In this document: positions 21,841 to 33,100 of the stretch, piece after piece
Numbering within the stretch: the stretch's first letter is position 1
How the letters are laid out: every line of letters begins with the position of its first letter
Virus record (IMG/VR): IMGVR_UViG_3300020045_007300
Location: 30,893 to 94,892 of that record
Reading direction: 5' to 3' (one strand)
DNA: 64,000 bases
DNA from: a virus
The notes under the pieces: model-generated
What the model saw: the letters and a program-made list of their open reading frames with translations, nothing else
Databases searched by the model: none
Told to the model about the DNA's origin: nothing
Translations under genes and position numbers: made by a program

Positions 21841-23173
21841 CTCCGAGATACCCCTTCCTTTAGGTGGGGGAGGAAAGGAGTGCTTTTGATTTTCGCTGCA
21901 CATAGTTAATTCCTAAAATATCTGTTGTGTTATCACATTTTTTAAATTAAAATGTGAGTTATGAAAAATAGAGCTTACAAATACCGCTTTTACCCAACGC
22001 CCGAACAAGAAACCTTGCTTGCTCAGACGTTTGGCTGTGTGCGTAAGGTCTACAACACCGTTTTGCGTTGGCGTACAGATATGTATTACCAAAGCAAGGA
22101 AAAAATAGGGTATATTCAAGCCAGTGCTAAATTGACTGAGCTTAAAAAACTTCCTGAACTCTCTTTCCTGAATGACGTTTCTTGTGTCCCATTGCAACAA
22201 TGCTTGAGGCATCAACAAACCGCGTTTAAAAACTTCTTTGAAGGTCGCGCTAACTATCCGACTTTCAAAAAGAAAAATAGAAAGCAATCCGCTGAATTTA
22301 CCAAAAGCGCATTTAAGCACATTGACGGTAAACTTTATATTGCCAAGTGCAAAGAACCGCTTAACATTCACTGGACAAAAAAGCGTGAAAGTTTGCCTTG
22401 CGAACCCAGTACGATAACTATTTCCAAAGACTGTGCAGGACGCTATTTTGTTTCGTGCCTGTGCGAGTTTGAAAACCAAATCCTGCCAAAAACTGATAAA
22501 ACCATCGGCATTGACGTAGGAATAAAGCATTTGTTTGTGACTAGCAACGGTCTCAAAATCGACAATCCCCGCCATACTGCTAACTTCGCGGTTCGATTGG
22601 CTAAAGCGCAACGCAGTCTGAGTAAGAAAAAACTCGGCTCTGCGAATCGCGCTAAAGCTAAATTGAGCGTTGCGCGACTTCATGCAAAAATCTCTGATTG
22701 CCGATTGGACAACTTACACAAGTTGACCCGTGAACTGATTAACGATAACCAAGTGGTTTGTGTTGAATCGTTGCGCGTAAAAAACATGATTAAAAACCCT
22801 AAGTTGAGCAAACATATTGCGGATGCAAGCTGGGGTAAGTTTGTCCAGCAATTGGAATACAAAGCCGATTGGGCAGGTCGAACACTGGCAAAAATAGACC
22901 AGTTTTTTCCTAGCTCAAAACGCTGCTCTTGTTGTGGGTATACCTTGCCCCGCTTATCTTTAAGCGTCCGCAACTGGGCGTGTCCAGAATGCTCAACAGA
23001 ACACGACCGCGATATTAACGCGGCTATAAACATCAAAACCGCAGGGCTTGCGGGGTTAGCCTTTGGAGAGACTGTAAGTCTTGTGTAGCTAGTCTGCATA
23101 AGCTGTTCTCGTTGAATTAGGAAGTCTTAGTAGTGATGCTAAGAATCCCCTACTCTTTAGGGGGGTATGTCAA
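21841..23173 (+). mobile_element. IS200/IS605-family tnpB-only (IS1341-like) element
   Basis: Left-end hairpin ccccttcctttaggtgggg after TTAG; right-end gaatcccc...gggg..TGTCAA; no tnpA. Confidence 0.85.
21961..23088 (+). CDS. tnpB: TnpB RNA-guided endonuclease
   Basis: AYKYRFYPT HTH; RuvC GIDVG / VESL / DRDINAA; CxxC-CxxC zinc finger. Confidence 0.97.
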   Translation: MKNRAYKYRFYPTPEQETLLAQTFGCVRKVYNTVLRWRTDMYYQSKEKIGYIQASAKLTELKKLPELSFLNDVSCVPLQQCLRHQQTAFKNFFEGRANYPTFKKKNRKQSAEFTKSAFKHIDGKLYIAKCKEPLNIHWTKKRESLPCEPSTITISKDCAGRYFVSCLCEFENQILPKTDKTIGIDVGIKHLFVTSNGLKIDNPRHTANFAVRLAKAQRSLSKKKLGSANRAKAKLSVARLHAKISDCRLDNLHKLTRELINDNQVVCVESLRVKNMIKNPKLSKHIADASWGKFVQQLEYKADWAGRTLAKIDQFFPSSKRCSCCGYTLPRLSLSVRNWACPECSTEHDRDINAAINIKTAGLAGLAFGETVSLV

Positions 23174-23193
23174 ATTAAATCTTGACAATAGTT
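23050..23193 (+). ncRNA. Putative TnpB omegaRNA (scaffold at right end, guide from the flank; 5' boundary approximate)
   Basis: Established position of omegaRNA at the IS605 right end. Confidence 0.55.
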
Positions 23194-23211
23194 ATTTGGT
23201 GGCATAATAAC

Positions 23212-23432
23212 AGTGGGCTTCAAAACTCAAATACCAAGCGTTACCCGCACACGAAAGTTACGCGGATATTTCACCTTTCTGTTTTCGCAAACCTATCCTT
23301 GTGGTAGACTTGCACTGCGATTGGGAGTGTCACGAATATATTGAATAAGTGCGCCACGCTTGGTAGTGGTTTTGAAACTCCTAATTGTACCCTTCGGGGC
23401 GTTTCAGTTCTTAGAATCACCAAGGATTCATC
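23212..23432 (+). ncRNA. C4-like antisense RNA with target sites, behind a TTGACA/CATAAT promoter
   Basis: ttcaaaac and taccaagcgt (23219-23241) are complementary to acgcttggta and gttttgaa (23356-23376); repeat target accaag at the SD. Confidence 0.6.
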
Positions 23433-23488
23433 ATGTCACAAGTAAATGTTGTGGATATGTGCTGAATGTAAAACAACTTTAAGTTAAA

Positions 23489-23704
23489 ATGACAATCCAA
23501 CTAAAACGCCATCACCGAGCAAGGCTTAAGCGCAATAGAAAATATCACTTTGGGCGCGATTTAAGCGATAAACACTTAAGTACGGCTATCAATACACCTA
23601 GACCGTGTTCATGCGTCATGTGTGGCAATCCTAGGCGTTATTTTGGCAATAAAACGCTTGCTGAGTTGCGTAATGCCGAATTATATAACGAACAGGAAAA
23701 TTAA
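23489..23704 (+). CDS. Small basic phage protein
   Basis: TPRPCSCVMCGNPRRYF motif. Confidence 0.7.
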   Translation: MTIQLKRHHRARLKRNRKYHFGRDLSDKHLSTAINTPRPCSCVMCGNPRRYFGNKTLAELRNAELYNEQEN

Positions 23705-23705
23705 A

Positions 23706-23936
23706 ATGAACGATTTGCTGTATGAAAAAGCAATGCAAGGAATGATACTACGGTCTTTCACCACTAAAGAAATAGTTGATTTTATGCGTAGCAAAGGATT
23801 TTACGCTGACATTGATAAAAAATGCGGGTTTGGAAGGATTTTTATAACATTTCACCATGAAGATGCCTTGATAAAAGATGTTGTACTTACTGTGGATTGG
23901 TATCGTGGAGGTATGATGTTGAGTCGCTTAAATTAA
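23706..23936 (+). CDS. Hypothetical protein (probable start 23706)
   Basis: AGGA SD before ATG. Confidence 0.55.
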   Translation: MNDLLYEKAMQGMILRSFTTKEIVDFMRSKGFYADIDKKCGFGRIFITFHHEDALIKDVVLTVDWYRGGMMLSRLN

Positions 23937-23978
23937 ATAATTCTTGAGCTTTACTAGAAATTCTGTATAATTGTTCAT

Positions 23979-24634
23979 AGGGTTTTCAGTATTTGTCTTG
24001 GGAAAGGCGTAAATACTGAAAACCCCGCAATAAAACGAATGCTTTGCAGCCTTTCCCATCTGGTAAAGCATTCGGAACAATAAAACCGTTTTGTGACACC
24101 TCTAGCAAAACGGATAACCTTTAAGAACCCGCGTTTGCTATTTTAGTAAACGCGGGTTTTTTTTAATGTCTAAAATTTGCCACCTAAGACGTGGTAATCA
24201 TAAAACCCCAAAAATGTACGAGACACACAGTGTAAGCCTAGACATGGGGCAGATTCTCAGAGTGCCATGCAACGCTAAATTGGATTAGCGACAAGACGGA
24301 TGAAGACATGGAAAAGCCTATGTGTGGCGGCAATACACAGAACATCAAGACTAATCGGGGAAGTATGAAATAGCCAACCCAGAGGGGTAACCACCCTCAC
24401 ACACGACATAATAGTGAACTGCCATAGGAGTATGGCACATAGAGTTATCGAGCTGAACTCACGCACTGCATTTGCGAAATACAGCTAGTCGGTTAATAGG
24501 TTTAGTTTGATTAGTCCATGTGAGTTGAATGGGTTATGTATTCTCTTGTCACTGTGTAACCATGCAGTAGTTTGTACAAGAGTTCACATACGGCTTAATT
24601 GATTACTATTGTCTAAATTTAAAGGTGGGTTAAA
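23979..24634 (+). ncRNA. Long structured non-coding leader/RNA copy 1 (kissing hairpins, terminator, conserved core)
   Basis: TATAAT at about 23966; loops tgggaaaggc / gcctttccca; homologous to 42246-42840 on the minus strand. Confidence 0.6.
24126..24164 (+). terminator. Intrinsic terminator/attenuator
   Basis: acccgcgtttgcta/tagtaaacgcgggt hairpin followed by a T-run. Confidence 0.85.
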
Positions 24635-26334
24635 ATGGAAAGAAGTTTAACAAGAATATCAAAACCTTTTGGAAAGGTAATTTTGGGTATTGATATGCAC
24701 GATTTTTTAGAAGTAGCCGCTATTTACGAGATAATAAAAGTAGGCGATGAATTAGTTCTAACTAAAATTGGCAGTACATCAATTCATGAACCTAAGCCAA
24801 TTGGCTCATTACATGGATATTCTATTCAGGAATTGGCTTTAGATGGCCGATACTTATTTACTGATGATGAATTAAAATGACCATACAAAATGAATTTATC
24901 GTTGCTGAATTGGATTTCACTCATGTTTTACGCAACCAATGCGTTCAAGAGCAAGGTATTATCACTTGCATACAAACTGGCAATAAAGGCTATTTTTGGT
25001 TAGAAGCGGGTAAATTTCCTTCTCGCCAAGACCTAGCGATTGTAAGCAATAAAAGAACTATTAAATTATCATGAATTAGGCGTGGATTGAAATGGTCTTA
25101 CTAGCAAAGAAGCATGACCTTTACCTAAAAAAATTAGGGGAAGCGATAAAAGAAAACATGAGTCTTATTATTGAGCTGCAAAAAACAGGCTCATTGTCAC
25201 CAGAATCTATTTTATGTAAAAACAAAATAGACGACAATTTAAAAAAATATAAAGAAAAGTGTTTTTCAGTGTCACCAGTTAAGGAAATTGATTTTTGCCG
25301 AAAACAATACTTAGCAGGTCAGTACAATAAAAGATTCATTGTGTCAGTAAGTGGGATTTATTTCAATATCTGGAGAAAAACAGGGAATGGCTTTTTTTTA
25401 CTGCCGATACAATACCCAAGAGACATATTTGTTGATAATATGTACTCGAACACATATCTGCTAGATATTTCATTTATGAAGGATGGGCGTTATTATGATG
25501 TTCATGGAAACGAGGATTTTGAGTGTTTTATTGATGATTCTTTCAAAGAAAACAGGAAGACGTTAGGAGGAATGCAGAAGGCACTGAACATTGAATTAGA
25601 TGGAATACCTACTATTTTAGGGTTTAACAACCAATTTCAGGTTTATAACCATCATTAAATGGCAAACAATTAATCAGTCAGTAATTGAAATTACACAAAG
25701 ACAAATTGAGTTTAACTGTGACCGATAAAATAATCAACTTCCCAGCATCAACCAGCCTAAATGTTGACCAAGCCTTAGCTAGTGCAGCGCAACTGAATAT
25801 GACCGATGTGCTGATTATTGGCTACGTCGGAAATGGTCTGTTGAAAATTAGAAGTTCAAAGATGGATAGAAAAAACGCCTTATGGCTTATTGAATCAGCA
25901 AAGAGAGAGATATTTAGTGATGAATAGATGTAAAGATTGCAATTACTTTGACGTGGACGGATTAACCAAGGCTATGTCAATAAGTGATAAGGGATTATGC
26001 GTACTTATTTCAACAAGCGAATATGGCTTAAAAAGCCTAGATTCAAATATAGCTGAATCAGTTTGTGTAAATGAAGGTATTGGTGGTGAATTAATTGTTT
26101 CTCCTGATTTTGGCTGTGTAGAGTGGACAAACAATGTTTGAATTATCATTTGACGCTACCCGATGCGTGGCGAAACAACCATGTGAACTTAAGCAATACT
26201 GCGCCAGATTTACATCAAAATGGCAACCAGAAGGACATCAAGGTTGTGTTGATGCTAGTAAGCTGTTAATTGACGGTAAAGACTGCGCGATGTTTGTTTC
26301 AAATAAGAATGAAGACCATGGTAACTACAAATGA
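24635..26334 (+). other. Run of small hypothetical early genes (24635-24880, 24877-25074, 25092-25658, ~25685-25927, ~25920-26141, 26134-26334)
   Basis: Overlapping start/stop junctions; no assignable motifs. Confidence 0.6.
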
Positions 26335-26425
26335 TAACTTCTACTTTTCGCACCGCCGTAGGGCTGTTCATGATGATTGTTTTACTGGGGTATTTAATGA
26401 TGATAGAACTTAGGCATAAAAAATA

Positions 26426-27094
26426 ATGACAACTGAAATTCAAAAGAAAATCACCGCATACAGAGTAGTTGATAAAAACGCAGAAGAACTGCCTGTTATT
26501 GCCGCAAATGAACTGCCTGAAATGATGCACGAAGGCTTATCACGCCCTGAAATACTCAAGGGTTCATCATACAAGATTAAAACGCCGCAGTCAGAACACG
26601 CACTGTATGTCACTATCAATGATATGGTGTTAAACGAAGGTACGGATAATGAAGAATTGCACCCTTATGAGATTTTCGTGAACTCAAAAAACATGGAAAA
26701 CTTTCAGTGGATAGTGGCATTAACACGGGTCACATCGGCTGTGTTTCGTAAAGGTGGCGATGTTGGCTTTTTGGTCGATGAATTAAAAGCGGTATTCGAT
26801 CCACAAGGCGGCTACTGGAAGAAAGGCGGTGTGTTTATGCCTTCTTTAGTAGCAGAGATAGGCTGCACCATTGAAACGCATTTAAAGTCCACTGGTCGCA
26901 TTAAAGTAGTGGTTGATGCTCATCAACAAGCGTTTATTTCAGCCAAGCGCAAAGAGTTTAATGAACGCGAAAGTGAGGAGTCTACTGGGTTTCCTGCTAA
27001 TGCGACAATGTGTAAGTCATGTTCAACAAAAGCGGTTATTTTAATGGATGGATGTGAAGTTTGCTTGTCGTGCGGCTCGTCTAAATGCAATTAG
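26426..27094 (+). CDS. nrdJb: NrdJb / TSCPD-domain protein (class II ribonucleotide reductase C-terminal subunit)
   Basis: RPEILKG.SYKIKTP, ALYVTIND, PYEIF.NSKNME.FQW..ALTR, VFDP.GGYW and C-terminal Zn ribbon CLSCGSSKC. Confidence 0.88.
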   Translation: MTTEIQKKITAYRVVDKNAEELPVIAANELPEMMHEGLSRPEILKGSSYKIKTPQSEHALYVTINDMVLNEGTDNEELHPYEIFVNSKNMENFQWIVALTRVTSAVFRKGGDVGFLVDELKAVFDPQGGYWKKGGVFMPSLVAEIGCTIETHLKSTGRIKVVVDAHQQAFISAKRKEFNERESEESTGFPANATMCKSCSTKAVILMDGCEVCLSCGSSKCN

Positions 27095-27290
27095 TTCTTA
27101 TTTAGGGAAAGAAAATGAACCACGCAGAACTATTAAGCTACTTACTCAGTGGTAAAACACTGATAAACAGAATATGCAAGACCATTAAAATAGAAAATGG
27201 TGTTTTAATGGAAGCCTCCCCGACGGGCGAACACTGGAAAGTTGACGACCTTAATCTTAACGATGATTGGAAATTACACGAGGAACAATA

Positions 27291-27638
27291 GTGCACGGAT
27301 TAACAACGCAATACGACAAACAGCTATCCATTGCCTTAGATTATGACGAAACTTTCACTGCTAATCGTGAGCTTTGGACTGGATTTATTGCCTTAGCAAA
27401 AAGCATGAATTGCAAGATTACGTTTGTTACGTTTAGAATGCAAAATGCGCATAATATGGATATTATTTATGATGCTCAGAAATTAGGATTAAATGTAATT
27501 TTTAGTAATGGAAAGCCTAAATCAAGCATATTTACCGCTGATATTTGGATAGATGATAGCCCTGTAACTATTCCTAGTTACGATGCAATGACCGAATTAC
27601 TTAACAATGTTTATGAGGAAACACAATGCCAAAAATAA
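27291..27638 (+). CDS. HAD-superfamily phosphatase-like protein
   Basis: IALDYDET motif I, VT.R motif II, DIWIDD motif IV. Confidence 0.75.
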   Translation: MHGLTTQYDKQLSIALDYDETFTANRELWTGFIALAKSMNCKITFVTFRMQNAHNMDIIYDAQKLGLNVIFSNGKPKSSIFTADIWIDDSPVTIPSYDAMTELLNNVYEETQCQK

Positions 27639-28171
27639 CAATCAAATACGAACATTCGCATGAATTAACTGATTTATTGGGTAAGTTAGCGCAAATTTAT
27701 GTTGTGCCAGAAGCTACTTGTGGTGTTGATGTTCCATATCCAGAAAATTATAATCAGGGTGATTCGGAATCTGTATTAGAAGCTAAGTTAAAAGGTATTG
27801 AAGCTACGACTAAATACCGCGATGTTCTTAATCAAATACATAATTTAATTATTGAGAGAGGCTTGCTAAAAGATGTCTCATTTGAGGATGGTATTAAGGA
27901 TTTTCCATTACTGATTAGCTGTATTTTCAGGGAAAATAGGGAAATGAGGAACTCGCTTAGACAATTGGGAGTTCCTATTTATACAAAAGACAATACCGCA
28001 TTTATTGCCGACACTGACAATCAATTATTCACACTCGAAGAAGCGGCTGAATACTTGGAGATTAACAAATTCAATGTTTTTAGTCTTATGAATGATGGTG
28101 ATTTGAAGTGCCAAGGTTTTTTATTATCAGACTTGCGAAAAGTAAAGAAAAGTTGGGAGGATAGTGTATAA
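27626..28171 (+). CDS. Hypothetical protein with C-terminal excisionase-like HTH
   Basis: LFTLEEAAEYLEI...V..L...G.L. Confidence 0.65.
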   Translation: MPKITIKYEHSHELTDLLGKLAQIYVVPEATCGVDVPYPENYNQGDSESVLEAKLKGIEATTKYRDVLNQIHNLIIERGLLKDVSFEDGIKDFPLLISCIFRENREMRNSLRQLGVPIYTKDNTAFIADTDNQLFTLEEAAEYLEINKFNVFSLMNDGDLKCQGFLLSDLRKVKKSWEDSV

Positions 28172-28269
28172 TCGCTACTTAGTTCATTACTTGTTGCTGG
28201 TTAATTTGGAGGTTGATATGTAACACGTTACCGCTTAAGTAAATCAAATTACTGCATTAGTAAATAAGA

Positions 28270-28310
28270 AACCTGTTAGTTTTGTGGATATTACTAACGG
28301 GTTTTTTATT
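28270..28310 (+). terminator. Intrinsic terminator
   Basis: acctgttagt/actaacgggt stem plus T-run. Confidence 0.75.
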
Positions 28311-28383
28311 GCCCATAAAAACGTGATACAATACCTGAACACTGTTTAATTACAACCACGCTGTGAAGCGCAAGGACATCACA

Positions 28384-30135
28384 ATGGCTACTATCGCCCC
28401 AAAACCAAATAAACCAACTATCGGCATGGTGCGCGGAGCTGGTACGCAAACTTCCGATAGCATTGACGCTAAATTATCAACTGGTGAATCCGTGCTTAAC
28501 GCAGGAGCTACCAAAGCACTCAAGGCGTTGCTTAAGAAAACAGGTGGCATGACCATTGATGAATTTAACGAACTTCACGCACCGAAAGACGCAGAAACTA
28601 AGGTAGTTGATGGTGTTCTTCATGCGGCACTTGGGGTAGACTTGGGCGCACAATCGAGGATAGATGAATTAACAGGGGTTGCAAAAAAGACAATGCCAAG
28701 TGCGATGCAATCCGCAAAAGCATTTGAACAAATGCCGCCAACTAGAGCCGCTACCGCCGCCGATGTTAATTTTGGTAATGGAATTAAACCAACTACCGCG
28801 CCAACAATCGGAACTCCATCGGCAACACTGGTAAACGACACTACTATTCCCGTTCCGAAAACTGGGTTTTTAAAAGGTGTTGCAAATAACCTAGGTGGCT
28901 CTATGTCGCTTGGAACTGGACTGGCTAGTGAGTACGCACCTAAAGTTTTTGATGCTGGAGTTCAGCAAGCAATGCAGTCTGGTGGATTATCAAAAGATGC
29001 TCCAAGTAGATTATTTGGAGGGAATCAGGTTAGCGACAATGGAGTTACAAATACCGTTGATATTGCAAGTTTAAGAACCCCAGAAACACAAGCTAAGATT
29101 GATGCCATGCCTAAAGCTCCAATAGCATCAATTGCCCCACCAACAGCCGTAACCGCACCAGATGCAACGGCGAAAGTAGCTCCTCAAGTTGGAGCGAATG
29201 ATGGAATTGTAGCTAATTCGTTTAACACTGCAAAGGCTACTAGGGATGTAATTACCCCTGATAGATTAGCTCCTGTAGCAACTATGGCAAGTAACACACA
29301 AGCCCCTTCTCAAGAAGAAGTTAAGCCTGTTATGGTCGGTCAAGACCTTACTGGCAGAGGGATTACTAAAAGTGAAGGTGTTGGCAAGAATGGCTCTACA
29401 TTGTACTCAGATGGTGGGATGGCTAATTTAGCCACCGCTCCGCAAGTTGGAGCGCAACCACAAAAAAGATTATCAGAGGAGCAAGTTAGACAACTATACC
29501 GTGAATTACCCGCAGATTCATTTAGTGCGGCTGGTATGGGTGGAACAACAACACAGCAGCGTTATGACAAACAACAATTACCTGAAAATAGATTAAATCT
29601 TGCGCCACAAGTTGACCCGAACGCACAACGTAACGCACTAATCGCGCAAACCAAGCAATCTGGAAACATTGGCGATAAGGCTATTCGTGATTCAGCAAAC
29701 GCGCAATTAGCCGCACTGGATGCTAACGCCAGAAGCGACCAAGATAATAAATATAAAATGGCTTCATTAGGTCAAAACGCCAGCCAGTTTGAACAGCAAC
29801 AACAAGTGGCTATGGCTACGGCTAAGAATGAAGCCAATAAGTACGCCAACGAACAAGCATTAAAAGAAAAAGAGTTTTCCCTAAAAAGCGAGGGTGGAAC
29901 TACTGCTATTGAAAAAGAAGACGGAACAACGGAATATCGGACAACAGGACGTGCTGGAGAAAGAAAAGCGTATGTCAATGAAGCAATGACGGGGTTAGAA
30001 ACCAACCCTGAATATCTTGGTGGTGTTAATAAATTAATGAAAGAACGTGGCATGAGTCAGGTAGAAGCCGAGGCAGCAGCTAAAGACGCTTATAGACGAC
30101 ACCACTTAGAGATATTTAATAAAGGTGGTAAGTAA
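28384..30135 (+). CDS. Internal virion / DNA-ejection protein (probable start 28384)
   Basis: GG-like VRGAGTQTSDSIDAKLSTGESVL motif; A/P/Q-rich; Cys-free; coupled to giant A. Confidence 0.8.
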   Translation: MATIAPKPNKPTIGMVRGAGTQTSDSIDAKLSTGESVLNAGATKALKALLKKTGGMTIDEFNELHAPKDAETKVVDGVLHAALGVDLGAQSRIDELTGVAKKTMPSAMQSAKAFEQMPPTRAATAADVNFGNGIKPTTAPTIGTPSATLVNDTTIPVPKTGFLKGVANNLGGSMSLGTGLASEYAPKVFDAGVQQAMQSGGLSKDAPSRLFGGNQVSDNGVTNTVDIASLRTPETQAKIDAMPKAPIASIAPPTAVTAPDATAKVAPQVGANDGIVANSFNTAKATRDVITPDRLAPVATMASNTQAPSQEEVKPVMVGQDLTGRGITKSEGVGKNGSTLYSDGGMANLATAPQVGAQPQKRLSEEQVRQLYRELPADSFSAAGMGGTTTQQRYDKQQLPENRLNLAPQVDPNAQRNALIAQTKQSGNIGDKAIRDSANAQLAALDANARSDQDNKYKMASLGQNASQFEQQQQVAMATAKNEANKYANEQALKEKEFSLKSEGGTTAIEKEDGTTEYRTTGRAGERKAYVNEAMTGLETNPEYLGGVNKLMKERGMSQVEAEAAAKDAYRRHHLEIFNKGGK

Positions 30136-33100
30136 TGAGTTCTTTTAATGATTTTCTCGACAAACAATATGCGGAAAAACCAGAGGCGGCAAGCACCACT
30201 AAGGTAAAGTCATTTAATGATTTCCTAGATGAGCAGTACAAGGGAGTAGAGCCAGAAAAACCAAAAGCCAGCGGTGGCGTAGTAGCCGATATAGGGAAAG
30301 CCATAGTTCGCGGCGTGGCGAAAGCCCCCGATGCAATAGCAGGGTTAGCGCATACTGCTTTATCAGATAGTGCCATAGTAGGTGATGCAGCACTGGGCAA
30401 CATGGATTCTTCCAGAATATCACCAGCACAAGCAGCTATTGATTATGGCTTAGGAACGGCAAGGGATAATACCACCCGTGCGTTTGCCGATAAAGTAGCA
30501 AAGGAGTTGCCGTATTCACAAGAAACACTGGATGCTTCTGACAGGCAGCAATCCGATAAAGCCGAGCGACTAAAGCAGATTGACATTGATACGCCTAAAA
30601 TTAAGTCTGATGGCTTAATTCAAGATTTAAACGCTAACAATGCGTGGCGTACTGCCAAGCAAATAGGCGCGGGGGCAATTGCTGGATTAAGCGAACCACG
30701 CAGCTTAATCCCCAGTGTTATTGAATCAATTCCTGAATTTGTCGCATTAGCGGCAGGTTCAAAAGGTGCGGGCATTGCTAAGGGCGCAGGTGGATTGGGC
30801 GATGCTTCTGTATTGGCAGAAAAGGCTAGGTTGGCGGGGGCTGGTGAATCGGTATCTGCTAAAGAAATGGCTAAACACACTGCGAAAGTAGATGGTTTGG
30901 CTACAAAATTAGATAATGCAAAATTAGCAGGTGATACCGCGCTTGAAGCGGATATTAGCGCAAGAATAAGGAAAGCTAACGAATGGACAGCTAAAAAAGA
31001 ACTAGCTAATAATGCAGAAAAAGCAGCTACCAGACAAGATTTAGCGATTGCTGGGTTAGGTAACTTTACCCTTGAGGGGCAAGGTGCGTCCGATAGCGCA
31101 AGACAACAGTTTAATAACTTACCCGATGATGAATTAAGAAAAAATCCTGAGTTCGTTAATTTAGAAAATCAATACGGTTTTGAGCAAGCCAAAAAGATTG
31201 CCAGTGAAGCAACGGGTAATAAAGCCTATGCACCAGCGGCGGCACTTGGTTCTGTAGCATCACTTGGAACAGGTGGCGGCTTAGAAGGTGCGTTAATGCG
31301 TGGTTTCAAAGACACTGCCAAAGACGGAATTGTTAAAGCAGGTCTAAAAGGCGGATTTAAAGAGGGTTCAGAGGAATTTATTCAAGGCGGATCAGGTCAA
31401 TTTGCAGAGAACACAGCATTAAACCCTTACACTGGCGTTGACTCAATGGAAGGCGTAGCGGCTGCCGCAGGTGAAGGCGCAGCTATGGGATTCTTGACAG
31501 GCGGCGGCGGAAGTGTCGTGGGTGCAGCTTATGATAAATATGCTCAGTCTAAAGCGCAGGCTGATATTTTAAAAAAACAGGCATTATCTCAAACTGGATT
31601 ATCAGCAGCAGCTACGCAAGGACAAGCAGCATCAGCTCAAGCTGATGCTGATACACACCTAGCTAATGCACAAGGCTTGCAAGACGGCACAATAGCACCT
31701 GTTCAACCTGAACCAGTAGCCGAAGCTCCAAGTGCATTACCAAAAATAACACCTGACGTACACACGCATATTAGTAATGTACTGGATAGTTCATATCAAG
31801 ATTATGTGAAAAAAGGCGACAAGGCGGCACTTAATAAAGGAGCAATTCAATCGGCAGCAAATGATTTGGGTGTTAGTTACGATCCATCAAAGGAATCAAC
31901 AGCCGATATTTTAGTAAAATCCAGAAAAGCACTGCAAAACTACAATATTGCCAATATCGACCCTGTAGCAATTGAACACGCACAAGATACAATTTCCAAG
32001 ATTAACGAAAAATCAGCGCAAGGATTGCCACCGACTAATGTAGATAACTACAATCTATCCATTGCCGCTGAGAAATTAGGTACAAAACCAGATTTAAACG
32101 CACTCCAATCAACCATTGATAAGCACCTTGAACTAAATGCAAAACCAGCACCAGAAAACCCTGTTAGCCCTACAGCAACAAATCCACTCGCAGACGGAAG
32201 CACTGAGTCGAGCTTACAGCCAGATTCAAATGCTGGAGTTACAAGTGAAGCAAAGCCAGCACCAGTTGGAAAAGCTGATACTGCAAAGCCAATCACGCCA
32301 AAATGGATAGAAAGGCAAGCGGATTCTGATGTTATTAAAAATCCAAATAATTTTGGAAACTTGTCGTTTAAAACCACGAAAGAAGCAAATGATTTTATTG
32401 CTACACACGGATTAAAAAATCATTCACCAGCTAAAGATGGTTATGGCGGTTATGAAATTCACAGTAAAAAGTTTGCCGAAGCCAATAAGCAAAAGCAAGA
32501 CGCTGATATTCCAGACGCATTGAAGCCAAGCGGTGAATATCACTCAGCGATACCTTCATTGCTTAATGATTTGGAAAAAGGTGGCGGAATTGTTGTTGAT
32601 AGTAATAATCGCCGCAGTCAATCTGTTAATCCAACTTGGTTTAAAGATGGATTTATTCTTGATGGGAACACAACGCCTGAAAAAGTTACAACCATTACGG
32701 ACGCTATCCAAAAGTACGCCGACATTAAGGATGGAAAAAGAAAGGATGATTTAACAGGAAAAGACCATCGTATCCTGCAAAAACTTACCGATATTCTTAC
32801 AGAAGATGAACGCGCAAACAGTGTTGAATCCGAAGACATCCGCAGCGATGAAGTTAAATCAGCTCATAAATTTATTGATGAATATGAAAATGGCGATTAC
32901 GATCAAGAGCAATCAATAGGTCAAGACCTGTTGCATGCAAGAGCGACAGATAATAAAATCAATCCAGAAGATTATCGTAATTCTACTGGAATTTATGATA
33001 ACTCAGAGATTTACAAAGAACTTAAACGTAAAACAGGCTACAACACAAACAATGCAACAGATACACAACCTAATACAGCACAACCTGAATCACCGCGAAC

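Noticed and set aside
21913-23099. Long minus-strand ORFs over tnpB
   Set aside because: Antisense shadows with no recognisable motifs or expression signals, unlike the nested HNH
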